Positions 40,746 through 49,394 of a stretch of DNA of 64,000 bases are shown piece after piece. The notes beneath the pieces are model-generated. The model saw nothing but the letters and a program-made list of their open reading frames with translations. It was not told the DNA's origin and did not search any database. The stretch covers positions 1 through 64,000 of IMG/VR virus record IMGVR_UViG_3300050343_000191. The stretch is one strand, 5' to 3'. The translations under genes were made by a program, and so were the position numbers. Position 1 is the stretch's first letter. Each line of letters starts with the position of its first letter.

Positions 40746-41686
40746 TCTTTATACCACTTATATGTTGATTCGATTCCTTCTTTAAGACCAATCTTAGGTT
40801 CCCAACCAAGTGCTTTGATTTTACTTACATCTAAAAGTTTTCTTGGAGTACCATTGGGTTTATCAGTGTCCCAGATAATACCACCATTAAAACCAACTAC
40901 ATCAGAAATCATACTTGCAAGATCACCAATCGCAATATCTTCACCAGTTCCAACATTAAGAGATTGATCTCCATCATAGTTTACCATAGCAGCAAAACAA
41001 GCGTCTGCAAGGTCATCGACGTGAAGAAACTCTCTCTTAGGTGTTCCGTCACCCCAGAGACGAATTGACGGATTGAAAGGTCCACCGAGATCGTGATCAA
41101 TTACACCCTTACCATCATCAAACTTACGAATCAATGCAGGAAGAACATGAGATGATTCAGTATCAAAGTTATCATTTGGACCATAAAGATTCGTAGGCAT
41201 TAAAGAAATTGCATTGAATCCATACTGCTTACGATATGCCTGACACATCTTAATCCCAGCAATCTTTGCTATTGCGTAAGCATCATTCGTAGGTTCTAAG
41301 GGACCAGTCAAAAGATATTCTTCTTTGATTGGTTGTGGACATTCCTTAGGATATATGCAAGAAGATCCGAGAAACAAAAGTTTTTTAACACCAAACTTTC
41401 TAGCAGCATTAATGATATTTGATTGAATCATCAAATTATCATAGATGAAATGTGCAGGAAAATCCCTATTAGCAAGAATACCTCCTACTTTTGCAGCAGC
41501 AAGATAAACATATTCTGGTTCATTATTAGTAAAAAACCTTTCTACATCATCTTGCCGCCGAAGATCAAAATGACTTGAAGGTGTTGATAAGATATCCGTA
41601 TACCCCTTTCGATGGAGCATACGGACGATTGCTGATCCCACCATCCCAGTGTTACCAGCAACATAAACGCGACTACTACTGTCCAT
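40736..41686 (-). CDS. fcl: GDP-L-fucose synthase
   Basis: [54 protein letters not shown]; start set at ATG 41686. Confidence 0.95.
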   Translation of the reverse strand: MDSSSRVYVAGNTGMVGSAIVRMLHRKGYTDILSTPSSHFDLRRQDDVERFFTNNEPEYVYLAAAKVGGILANRDFPAHFIYDNLMIQSNIINAARKFGVKKLLFLGSSCIYPKECPQPIKEEYLLTGPLEPTNDAYAIAKIAGIKMCQAYRKQYGFNAISLMPTNLYGPNDNFDTESSHVLPALIRKFDDGKGVIDHDLGGPFNPSIRLWGDGTPKREFLHVDDLADACFAAMVNYDGDQSLNVGTGEDIAIGDLASMISDVVGFNGGIIWDTDKPNGTPRKLLDVSKIKALGWEPKIGLKEGIESTYKWYKECL

Positions 41687-42677
41687 AAAGCACCATGTCC
41701 TCAACTAATTCTTTAAACGAAATTTTAGGTTCCCAACCCAATTTCTCTTTTGCCTTAGTGGCATCACCCAATAAAGTTTCAACCTCAGCAGGTCGAAAAT
41801 ATTTAGGATCGACTTTGATGACTGGTTTCTTAGTATTCCAGTCATAACCAACTTCATTCATACCGTCACCCATCCATTCAATCTTCATACCGAAATAGGG
41901 TGCTGCTGCTTCAACAAAATCACGAACAGAATACTGAGTTCCAGTAGCGATAACATAATCATCTGGTTTATCTTGTTGAAGCATCAACCACATTGCTTCT
42001 ACAAAGTCTTTTGCATGACCCCAATCCCGTCGTGCATCAAGGTTTCCGAGAGATAATACATCTTGCTCCCCAACTGAAATTCTTGACAATCCTCGCGTAA
42101 TTTTTCTAGTGACAAAGGTTTCTCCTCGTCTGGGACTTTCGTGATTGAATAATATTCCAGAACTTGCGTGTAGTCCATACGACTCTCTATAGTTCTTGAC
42201 AATCCAGTATCCATAGAGTTTAGCCACACCGTAAGGCGAGCGTGGATAGAACGGAGTAGTTTCTCTTTGAGGAACTTCTTGAACAAGACCATACAACTCC
42301 GAAGTAGATGCTTGATAGATACGAACTTTGTCTTCCATACCTAGAAGACGAACTGCCTCAAGAATACGTAGGGTTCCAAGACCATCAGTATTGCCAGTAT
42401 ACTCAGGAGTTTCAAAAGAAACTTTTACGTGACTCTGAGCTCCGAGATTATAAATTTCATCAGGTTCAACTTTTTTGATAACACCAATAATATTAGTAGA
42501 ATCAGTTAAGTCGCCATAATGAAGAATAAGTTTATCATAAATGTGATCAATACGATGAGTATTGATCAGGGAAGAACGACGAACAATACCGTGAACTTCA
42601 TATCCTTTCTCAAGAAGAAGTTCTGCCAAGTATGATCCATCTTGTCCTGTTATACCCGTTATTAACGCTACAGACAT
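41676..42677 (-). CDS. gmd: GDP-mannose 4,6-dehydratase
   Basis: [45 protein letters not shown]. Confidence 0.97.
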   Translation of the reverse strand: MSVALITGITGQDGSYLAELLLEKGYEVHGIVRRSSLINTHRIDHIYDKLILHYGDLTDSTNIIGVIKKVEPDEIYNLGAQSHVKVSFETPEYTGNTDGLGTLRILEAVRLLGMEDKVRIYQASTSELYGLVQEVPQRETTPFYPRSPYGVAKLYGYWIVKNYRESYGLHASSGILFNHESPRRGETFVTRKITRGLSRISVGEQDVLSLGNLDARRDWGHAKDFVEAMWLMLQQDKPDDYVIATGTQYSVRDFVEAAAPYFGMKIEWMGDGMNEVGYDWNTKKPVIKVDPKYFRPAEVETLLGDATKAKEKLGWEPKISFKELVEDMVLYGQ

Positions 42678-42726
42678 AAAAATTGTAATCTCAATTCATT
42701 GTAAAACAAAAACGTGTAAATGTCAA

Positions 42727-43548
42727 TTACACCTCACAATTAGTAAAAGTGATTTTACCATTTCTGGTTGCCCAGATTGGATAATCTCTACCATATGTAT
42801 TCCATATTTTTGCCTGCGCTGGTCCCACAGGAACTCCACTCAAACCAGCAGCATCCCAAATGGTTTCAAAAGTATGATCCTCGTGGAAAGTAAAATCATC
42901 ATATTGAGAATAGATCTTCATCATCAATGAAAGAATTGATTGATCGTGCCTATGATCATTAAAGATTTGATGGTTCTCAAATTTTGAAGGACTATCATCA
43001 AGATAACGTCCCCCATCTTTGATGCAGAGTTCTTTCCACTTATCCACAATCTCAATCATAATAGGATTGTGTTTCATCAAGAAAATACCTGAGATGATTT
43101 GTCTAGTGACCATATGACTATCATCTGGTCCAGCAATATGTCTATAAGTGTCCATCTTAGTCCACTGAATCTCTGGGAGATTCAAACTAAAGAATACTCC
43201 ATTGTTTTCAAGACACTCATTATAATACTGCTCCATCATTTTTATTCCGTTCTTGTTGAGTTCACAACCACTATCAACATATAGAAGAACGTCACCTTCA
43301 GGAATGTTTCTTAATGCCTTACCAACAAAATAGGGTTTACAAGCGTAGTACCCATAAAATTTATCAGGCATACCAACTCTAGGCATCATCATTTTCTTTG
43401 CGTGATTTTCCCAGAAATCTCCAGTCAAATCATCCTCAGAAAACTGTTGGATACTTTTAAAGATACCAAAATTCTCTGCTTGTTTGATAATCCTATTCTT
43501 TCCAAGAGAAAAGTTCTTATCACCAAATAGTACTAAGTGTAGATTCAT
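42727..43548 (-). CDS. Putative glycosyltransferase
   Basis: KPYFV...LLYVDSGC...QWTKMD...HRHDQSILS. Confidence 0.65.
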   Translation of the reverse strand: MNLHLVLFGDKNFSLGKNRIIKQAENFGIFKSIQQFSEDDLTGDFWENHAKKMMMPRVGMPDKFYGYYACKPYFVGKALRNIPEGDVLLYVDSGCELNKNGIKMMEQYYNECLENNGVFFSLNLPEIQWTKMDTYRHIAGPDDSHMVTRQIISGIFLMKHNPIMIEIVDKWKELCIKDGGRYLDDSPSKFENHQIFNDHRHDQSILSLMMKIYSQYDDFTFHEDHTFETIWDAAGLSGVPVGPAQAKIWNTYGRDYPIWATRNGKITFTNCEV

Positions 43549-43550
43549 AC

Positions 43551-43577
43551 AAAAAAGGATGGTCTTTCAACCATCCT
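43551..43577 (-). terminator. Intrinsic terminator directly upstream of a start codon
   Basis: AGGATGGT/ACCATCCT stem plus T6, 2 nt before the ATG at 43548. Confidence 0.75.
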
Positions 43578-43760
43578 ACCATAGGTCTTTACATGCACGC
43601 CACTTGTTCTTTGACAGGAAACAAGAAACCTGGCGGGAGTAACCCATCCGCACCACCTCGTTTTAGGAACGAGGAAACCAAAAAGGGTCTAATGACTCCA
43701 CCACCTAGTTTTTAAAACTAGGAAACTTCGGGATTGAAGGGGATCCTTCACCGACCAGGG
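43578..43760 (-). ncRNA. Multi-hairpin cis-regulatory RNA, manA/wcaG-motif-like
   Basis: Three GTTTC-hairpin-GTGGYG units with compensatory stem changes; lies upstream of gmd/fcl(wcaG). Confidence 0.7.
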
Positions 43761-44042
43761 CTAGTTTTGAGACGATACCGAGTCTGTAACATAACAAGGA
43801 ACACCATCTGGATCTAACCATTTAGGATATTCTGGGTCTTCAATAGCAAGAAGCAGCTGATCTCCATTATCAAACAAATAGATGTCAGAGTACTTCTTAG
43901 TATATTCATTTGCTTTCTGCAAACGAAAATCTGGATTACCATTGAGTTGAATATAACCTCTCTGCACAAAACGATAAGGAAACCTCTCGTGAATGACAGT
44001 AGTCTTTGTTGAAGCAACAGACTTAGGATCTAGATCGTTCAT
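43761..44042 (-). CDS. Hypothetical protein
   Basis: 93 aa ORF, ATGA-coupled to the upstream gene. Confidence 0.65.
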   Translation of the reverse strand: MNDLDPKSVASTKTTVIHERFPYRFVQRGYIQLNGNPDFRLQKANEYTKKYSDIYLFDNGDQLLLAIEDPEYPKWLDPDGVPCYVTDSVSSQN

Positions 44043-44707
44043 GAATGTAAAATTTGAGTTGATTCTATATTATCAGATTGGAGTGCTGTCCAGATATCGT
44101 TTGTGACAATATTTGGATCGACATACCAGTCTTCAAATGCGTGTCCACAGTTTTTGACGTTTGATGCAACCAGTTGGTAGTTATTGCTTTGGAAGATATT
44201 GCGAGACTCTTCCATAACATCTATACTACCCTGATATGCATCTGTCTCAAAAGTAACAACAGAAAATCTATAAGATTCCAAATCAATTTTTTTCAAAGCA
44301 GCAAGAGATTGATACGAAGGATCAATATCTACTTGCAAATAGTCAATTTGATTTGGTAAATTATTCTCTTCAAAAACCTTAGAATAGTTTACTTGAGTTG
44401 CATCAGTACAGATACACTTGTTCAACCTTTTACTATTATAAAAGTTTGCTAAATCAGTATTGATTTCAAAAGAAACTCCAGACCAATTAAAAACACTTTC
44501 AAGAAGATAAGTATTATTAATATTAGTCGGATGTGCTCCACCTATTTCAACATAGGTTCCACTCTCTTTACCGTTTAGCATTGTAAGAACGAAAATATCC
44601 TGCAGTGCTTGAGAGTAGTTTTGGTCTACCCGCTCAACACCATTGAAAGATACTTTCAACTGACTAGAAATAAATTCTTGTCTGCTGACTGTTGAAAAGT
44701 CATCCAT
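44039..44707 (-). CDS. FkbM-like methyltransferase
   Basis: GTYVEIGG...NNTYLLE...WSGVSFE...IDYLQVDID. Confidence 0.75.
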   Translation of the reverse strand: MDDFSTVSRQEFISSQLKVSFNGVERVDQNYSQALQDIFVLTMLNGKESGTYVEIGGAHPTNINNTYLLESVFNWSGVSFEINTDLANFYNSKRLNKCICTDATQVNYSKVFEENNLPNQIDYLQVDIDPSYQSLAALKKIDLESYRFSVVTFETDAYQGSIDVMEESRNIFQSNNYQLVASNVKNCGHAFEDWYVDPNIVTNDIWTALQSDNIESTQILHS

Positions 44708-44922
44708 TCAACCAACCTCAACAGTTTCAAGATCATTGTAAATGAGTTCCATCAACATTTCATAATCATCAAGTGGTTCTCCTGAAAACACCGCTCCAGA
44801 TTTTCGTAGAAGCGGCGTACCTTTTTGAAAAGTTTCGGATTCTTTACATCAAGGAAAATTTCGCCAGCGGCAGCAGCACGGAGAGTGCTGATGTCCTTTT
44901 TGAATTTTTCAGTCAGTGCCAT
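44708..44922 (-). pseudogene. Small hypothetical gene with 1-nt deletion in an A run at about 44801
   Basis: MALTEKFKKDISTLRAAAAGEIFLDVKNPKLFKKVRRFYE then shifted SGAVFSGEPLDDYEMLMELIYNDLETVEVG*. Confidence 0.6.
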
Positions 44923-44945
44923 TGTTGTGTTTGGTTTACCCTTAC

Positions 44946-44974
44946 ATTATAAGGTTTTATCTATATGTAGTCAA
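44946..44974 (-). promoter_or_regulatory. Sigma70-type promoter
   Basis: TTGACT-17-TATAAT. Confidence 0.7.
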
Positions 44975-44977
44975 GGT

Positions 44978-45072
44978 GCCAGTGGTTATACTGGCAGTTG
45001 AATGGTAGATTCCTATCGCCGCTACTTCTGAACCTACCAAAGGAAAGCACCGCAGTTGTTACAAGAACAACA
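44978..45072 (-). ncRNA. Candidate small structured RNA (possible H-type pseudoknot)
   Basis: No ORF; GTTGTT/AACAAC hairpin, GGTAGGTTC/GAATCTACC stem, TGCCAGT/ACTGGCA hairpin; own promoter upstream. Confidence 0.5.
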
Positions 45073-45077
45073 TAAGT

Positions 45078-45106
45078 ACTATAACACTACTTGTGATGAC
45101 TGTCAA
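45078..45106 (-). promoter_or_regulatory. Sigma70-type promoter
   Basis: TTGACA-17-TATAGT immediately upstream of the candidate RNA. Confidence 0.65.
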
Positions 45107-45256
45107 ATGGTGCCCAATGTTGCCAACCGTATTTGTGAACTAGTGCATACCGATAATAGGCACAAAAACCAATGCAAGACTGAGTGTTCCAATTCCAAAA
45201 GGATTATTGAGTGTGGCAGCAGCAAAGTGTGCTGCCTTGAGTGCGATGTGGGTCAT
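45087..45256 (-). pseudogene. Small membrane protein gene with 1-nt deletion at about 45145
   Basis: MTHIALKAAHFAAATLNNPFGIGTLSLALVFVPIIGM; adding one base restores LVHKYGWQHWAPFDSHHK*. Confidence 0.55.
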
Positions 45257-45516
45257 ACGTATCCTCCCCAGATTTTCCAAAGATCTAAAAAGTAAAAGTT
45301 AATCTCACTTATAGTTCCTGAGGAATGATTCTTGCCCCTCAGTTTCAGCCCACTTCTTACAAAATCTAGAAAATCAGGTGAACTCATTACGTAATTTACC
45401 CCATACATTCTAGCGAATGCACTCATAGCAAAATCATAACGTCCTTTAATGTGCTGTTCCATTTCCATCATAGTCATCACTTTCGTAGTAGAAATTCTCA
45501 CCCCTATAAAGTCCAA
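45253..45516 (-). CDS. Hypothetical protein
   Basis: ORF with MEQHIKGRYDFAMSAFARMYG; start uncertain. Confidence 0.55.
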   Translation of the reverse strand: MDFIGVRISTTKVMTMMEMEQHIKGRYDFAMSAFARMYGVNYVMSSPDFLDFVRSGLKLRGKNHSSGTISEINFYFLDLWKIWGGYV

Positions 45517-45573
45517 AGGTTATAGTAAGAAGCACAAATGGAATTGATACCCAGAGTAAGACATTCGATAGAG

Positions 45574-46044
45574 TCATTCAACATTACCTGGTGATAGTGA
45601 TTGGAAAATTTTAGAACAAGCATCAATAGCAACATGTGCTCCATATACCCCTGAGAAAATATATAAGACACCTAACTTAGAACAGTATAGTTCCAGTTCC
45701 TGACATTTTCTTATGTCTGTGGTACTGTGATCAATGATAATATCACCCTCCTCAAGTAAAGGTAGCAATTCATCAAGTGTGTCTTCTGCTTTTTTCTCTG
45801 GCAGTGTGATTTGGAAGATGCCAGGAATTCTTCCTGCACTAGTGAACTTCTTACCATCAGATTTAACTGCTTGGACAAGATACTCTAGTGAAGTTACACA
45901 TCCACTAAGGTGCCCTGCTTCATATTGTCCACAGGCATTCTCATAGTTAGTGCTACTGTAACCCCAGACTTCAATACCCTTTGCAAGCATACGACGAGCC
46001 ATACCTTCACCAGTACGACCTAGACCAATCAATCCAACTTTCAT
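45574..46044 (-). CDS. 6-phosphogluconate dehydrogenase-like, NAD(P)-binding domain only
   Basis: MKVGLIGLGRTGEGMARRM...LLEEGDIIIDH; 156 aa, lacks the C-terminal domain. Confidence 0.7.
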   Translation of the reverse strand: MKVGLIGLGRTGEGMARRMLAKGIEVWGYSSTNYENACGQYEAGHLSGCVTSLEYLVQAVKSDGKKFTSAGRIPGIFQITLPEKKAEDTLDELLPLLEEGDIIIDHSTTDIRKCQELELYCSKLGVLYIFSGVYGAHVAIDACSKIFQSLSPGNVE

Positions 46045-46051
46045 AATTTTC

Positions 46052-46267
46052 CTATAAATTAATTTTCAACCAAGGCAATAACGGTGGAATTACTCCGACG
46101 AGTCGAAGTAAACCCTCAGCAAAAAGTGCGAGAACAACCCAACCAACACACATAGAGATAATTCCAGCATTACGATTGTGCTTTCGTATTGCATCATCAA
46201 TCATCTCCTGAACTTCTTTTTTAGTTGTAAAATGATCTGGTATTATCTCAGGCATCCGATGAGACAT
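46052..46267 (-). CDS. Small membrane protein
   Basis: VQEMIDDAIRKHNRNAGIISMCVGWVVLALF. Confidence 0.65.
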   Translation of the reverse strand: MSHRMPEIIPDHFTTKKEVQEMIDDAIRKHNRNAGIISMCVGWVVLALFAEGLLRLVGVIPPLLPWLKINL

Positions 46268-46403
46268 TCTTTTTCATATCAAGTGGGTCTGGTTGTCCTC
46301 CAACTATAGCACAGGCACGCACATAAAAATAGTTGTTTGTTGTGCCGTTTTCCTCAAAAACTTTTTTAATTGTTGCCCAGTTTTGAAATTCGTCGGGATG
46401 CAT
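46248..46403 (-). CDS. Small hypothetical protein, 51 aa
   Basis: MHPDEFQNWATIKKVFEENGTTNNYFYVRACAIVGGQPDPLDMKKNVSSDA*. Confidence 0.55.
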   Translation of the reverse strand: MHPDEFQNWATIKKVFEENGTTNNYFYVRACAIVGGQPDPLDMKKNVSSDA

Positions 46404-46485
46404 GGTAGAAAGAAAATGTCTACAATACTATTTACTGTATCAAATTGCTACACTCAATAAAAATATGCGTATATTCTCACAATTT

Positions 46486-46740
46486 TTATCTGATATCAAA
46501 ATCCAATTTACGTATTTTACGTTGCTTTCTTTGTTCCTGAAAAGCAAGATCTTCTTGAGTAAGAACACTTTCTTTCTTACTTGAATAAGAACTTAGCATA
46601 ACAACTTGTCCTAAATCAACTGCCGAAATTTTATCTCCACGAACTGTTGTCATATTTGGACAACCACAGCAGACAGTTTTTATTGGATGCCCAATCAACT
46701 CCTTACCACAGGAGCGGCACCTAACTTTTACATTATCCAT
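46486..46740 (-). CDS. Cys-rich (zinc-ribbon-like) protein
   Basis: MDNVKVRCRSCGKEL...CCGCPN; start set at ATG 46740 because the longer ORF overlaps a tRNA. Confidence 0.7.
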   Translation of the reverse strand: MDNVKVRCRSCGKELIGHPIKTVCCGCPNMTTVRGDKISAVDLGQVVMLSSYSSKKESVLTQEDLAFQEQRKQRKIRKLDFDIR

Positions 46741-46792
46741 TTTTTTATAATGTGATCCTTCCTTCAAAGAAGTCTTTCCAGATCTATTTATA

Positions 46793-46864
46793 TGGGCGAA
46801 GAGGGGATCGAACCCCCGACAATCTCCGTGTAAAGGAGGCACTCTACCGCTGAGTTATTCGCCC
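46793..46864 (-). tRNA. tRNA-Val(TAC)
   Basis: GGGCGAA/TTCGCCC acceptor, TTTACAC loop, GGTTCGATC T-arm. Confidence 0.92.
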
Positions 46865-47040
46865 GTATCCTTATATTCTAACATATACTCTACCGTATTT
46901 GCAACATCATCCATTGCAGTACGAAGTTCTTTCTGCGCTCCAGAGTATTGTTCTATTTTTGTGACACCATTCTTAAACTCTTCACATAAAGTCCATCGCC
47001 ACTGATGCATACTTTTGGAATACCAAAGATTAATCTTCAT
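46855..47040 (-). CDS. Hypothetical protein
   Basis: 61 aa MKINLWYSKSMHQWRWTL. Confidence 0.6.
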   Translation of the reverse strand: MKINLWYSKSMHQWRWTLCEEFKNGVTKIEQYSGAQKELRTAMDDVANTVEYMLEYKDTGE

Positions 47041-47248
47041 TAGATAACTCAGATTCTAACATATCTAGTTTACTCTGCAACTTCCCAATTTCACAAACAA
47101 GATGCATATGTTCATTTTCCATATTTTCTAATCGATATTGAAGTCTTTCAATTAATTCATATAAATTAGAACAACTTGCCACATTTTGTTCTCCTTTATC
47201 AGAATCTTTATAAAACCATTTAAGAAGTCTTTTAGCTTTCTTTTTCAT
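47030..47248 (-). CDS. Hypothetical coiled-coil protein
   Basis: 72 aa with heptad pattern. Confidence 0.6.
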   Translation of the reverse strand: MKKKAKRLLKWFYKDSDKGEQNVASCSNLYELIERLQYRLENMENEHMHLVCEIGKLQSKLDMLESELSNED

Positions 47249-47272
47249 AAAAAAGGGAAACTTATGTTTCCC
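47249..47272 (-). terminator. pstS terminator
   Basis: GGGAAAC-ATAA-GTTTCCC plus T run. Confidence 0.7.
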
Positions 47273-47284
47273 ATTATACTATTT

Positions 47285-48253
47285 TCAATTAATATTGTCA
47301 ACAGCAGCAAGTGCTTTCTGACGAAGATCCTCAGGCAGTGGAACATAACCAAGACCATCAGACATTGCCTGTGATTTCTCACTCAACATATAACGAAGGG
47401 TCTCCTTCACACCAGTCTTGGATTCAGGGTATGCTAGGACCCATGTCAGAGAGACAATAGGATATGCATTGGAACCAGTAGGATTAGCATCAGCACCACG
47501 AAGTTGGTCGTCAAGGACGATTCTTGACAGACCTGCTGCAGATGTTTCAGCATTTGCTGTGACATAGTTACCTGCTTTGTTTTGCAGGGATACTTGTTGG
47601 AAACTATTACTGTTGACAACAAAACCATAGTTCAGGTAACCAATAGCACCTTCAAGTTGTTTGATACCAGCAGCAACGCCACTGTTACCTTTACCGCCAA
47701 TACCAGCAGGCCATGCTACTGCTTTACCAGTGCCGACATTCTTCTTCCACTCAGGAGAGAATGCAGACAGGGAGTTAGTGAAACCTTTTGTGGTGCCACT
47801 ACCATCAGAACGCCATATAGGAACAATAGTTTTACTATCACACCCGAAGGTAGACCAGTTAGTAATCTTACCAAGATATACATCAGCAAGTTGTGTCTGT
47901 GTCATCTTGACTTCACAACCAGGATAGTTATATGCAGGAACAATAGCACCACCAGTCATAGGAATATGGACCATTGGAATTTTCTGCTTCTCATCACTTA
48001 CAGCACCATCACTGGCACCAAAGTCAACTGTATTAGCAATATACTGACGGACACCAGCACCACTACCAACTGCTTGATAGTTTACTTGATTACCAGTCTC
48101 TTGATTATATCTTTGAAACCATGAAGTATAAAGTGGAGCAGGGAATGTAGCACCTGCTGCATCAAGTCTGAATGTAGTATTATCCGATCCACTACCACAA
48201 GCGACCATCATAGGAGTGACAGCAGCGATTGATGCGATTGCTTTGAGTTTCAT
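47285..48253 (-). CDS. pstS: Phosphate-binding protein of the ABC transporter
   Basis: Lipobox MVAC, AGATFPAP, YQAVGSGAG, DFGASD, RSDGSGTT, YPIVSLTW. Confidence 0.97.
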   Translation of the reverse strand: MKLKAIASIAAVTPMMVACGSGSDNTTFRLDAAGATFPAPLYTSWFQRYNQETGNQVNYQAVGSGAGVRQYIANTVDFGASDGAVSDEKQKIPMVHIPMTGGAIVPAYNYPGCEVKMTQTQLADVYLGKITNWSTFGCDSKTIVPIWRSDGSGTTKGFTNSLSAFSPEWKKNVGTGKAVAWPAGIGGKGNSGVAAGIKQLEGAIGYLNYGFVVNSNSFQQVSLQNKAGNYVTANAETSAAGLSRIVLDDQLRGADANPTGSNAYPIVSLTWVLAYPESKTGVKETLRYMLSEKSQAMSDGLGYVPLPEDLRQKALAAVDNIN

Positions 48254-48282
48254 TTTAGTAAAAAAACTTTTTTATATAGAGA

Positions 48283-48301
48283 CAATTAATACAATTTTAA
48301 T
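48283..48301 (-). promoter_or_regulatory. Putative Pho box
   Basis: ATTAAAAT-TGT-ATTAATTG, an 11-bp-spaced TTAA repeat upstream of pstS. Confidence 0.45.
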
Positions 48302-48305
48302 CATT

Positions 48306-48332
48306 AAAAAGGGGACCCTCGTCAGGATCCCC
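48306..48332 (-). terminator. Intrinsic terminator
   Basis: GGGGATCC/GGGTCCCC stem plus T5. Confidence 0.7.
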
Positions 48333-48363
48333 GAACATCTAGATGTTTATTTTATATGAGCGA

Positions 48364-48735
48364 TCAGAAGTTGTACTTGACGCCCAACTTACCTGCATAA
48401 CCACGGTCAAGATCTTCGTCGCCTGAGCCAACGAAAGATACTTCACCATATGCACCAAGTGCGTCCGTCAGTGCAAGACCAAGACCTGCTTTGCCTGAAG
48501 GAACGGTGTCGCTGTCGCCACCATCGGGAGTCAGTACAGTAGCACCGCCCTGCACGTAGAATGAACCAGCTTCACTGAATGCGCCTTCGTACCCTACGTG
48601 AACGTCCGTTCCAGCGCCGTTGTACTCCGATCCAGTCCAACCGGCATTGGTTTCTACGTTGACGTAGGGACCTGCAAGGGCAGCGCCAGCAGAAGCGAAC
48701 AGAGCAGCAGAGGCTGCGAATACAGATTTAAACAT
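48364..48735 (-). CDS. Secreted outer-membrane beta-strand protein
   Basis: Signal peptide, alternating beta pattern, C-terminal GVKYNF ending in Phe. Confidence 0.75.
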   Translation of the reverse strand: MFKSVFAASAALFASAGAALAGPYVNVETNAGWTGSEYNGAGTDVHVGYEGAFSEAGSFYVQGGATVLTPDGGDSDTVPSGKAGLGLALTDALGAYGEVSFVGSGDEDLDRGYAGKLGVKYNF

Positions 48736-48889
48736 TTTTGTTACCTTTAGTTACTTGCGGAATGGATACCCGCAGATGAATAGGGACTCGACTGTCCCGT
48801 GTTAAGTATTACCTTTTGTTACTTTAATTGTCTGAAAGACAAAAGGTTTATTATTTAGGTGTAAATACTCTTACGATCTTTACACCAAG

Positions 48890-48960
48890 AGCGGAATACC
48901 AGAATCGAACTGGTGACGAAAGGTTGGAAACCTTTAGTTTTGCCTCTAAACTAATTCCGC
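48890..48960 (-). tRNA. tRNA-Gly(TCC)
   Basis: GCGGAAT/ATTCCGC acceptor, TTTCCAA loop, U discriminator. Confidence 0.9.
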
Positions 48961-49037
48961 AAGTGGTAGGGAATTACTTCCCTTACACATCCTTCACACG
49001 GATGAGAGTAGTATATGACAACCGTTGTAGATTGTCA

Positions 49038-49109
49038 AGCCTCTGACAAGATTTGAACTTGCGACCTGAGCTTTACAAAAGCCCTGCTCTACCACTGAGC
49101 TACGGAGGC
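49038..49109 (-). tRNA. tRNA-Thr(TGT)
   Basis: GGGCT-TTTGTAA-AGCTC anticodon arm, GTTCAAAT T loop. Confidence 0.9.
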
Positions 49110-49111
49110 AA

Positions 49112-49184
49112 CTCCTCCACCTGGACTCGAACCAGGGACAGGGTGATTAACAGTCACCTGCTCTACCAACTGAGCTATAGAGGA
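49112..49184 (-). tRNA. tRNA-Asn(GTT)
   Basis: TCCTCTA/TGGAGGA acceptor, CTGTTAA loop. Confidence 0.93.
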
Positions 49185-49375
49185 TTGTTTGCCTTTTCTT
49201 CCTTATTGGTTTTGAAGTAGAGTTTATAGTATCTCTTCTTCATTTCATTAATAGCATTCATATCTTCTTCAAAACCCATATATTTGAGCATTTGAGAAGA
49301 ACCTTCCAACTCACTAATGAGTCTAAGGATGTTGACTGCTACTGGTGGTTGTCCACCAAAATCATATTTGCCCAT
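49175..49375 (-). CDS. Hypothetical protein
   Basis: 66 aa; stop codon lies within the first 10 nt of tRNA-Asn. Confidence 0.6.
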   Translation of the reverse strand: MGKYDFGGQPPVAVNILRLISELEGSSQMLKYMGFEEDMNAINEMKKRYYKLYFKTNKEEKANNPL

Positions 49376-49394
49376 AAGGAATAAAAAAGGACAA

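Noticed and set aside
43598-43726. Repeats resembling a mini CRISPR array
   Set aside because: Only three degenerate units, linkers of about 20 nt, and no cas genes; the repeats covary as RNA hairpins.
46741-46842. N-terminal extension of ORF 46486..46842
   Set aside because: It runs antisense-free through tRNA-Val on the same strand; ATG 46740 is the sensible start.
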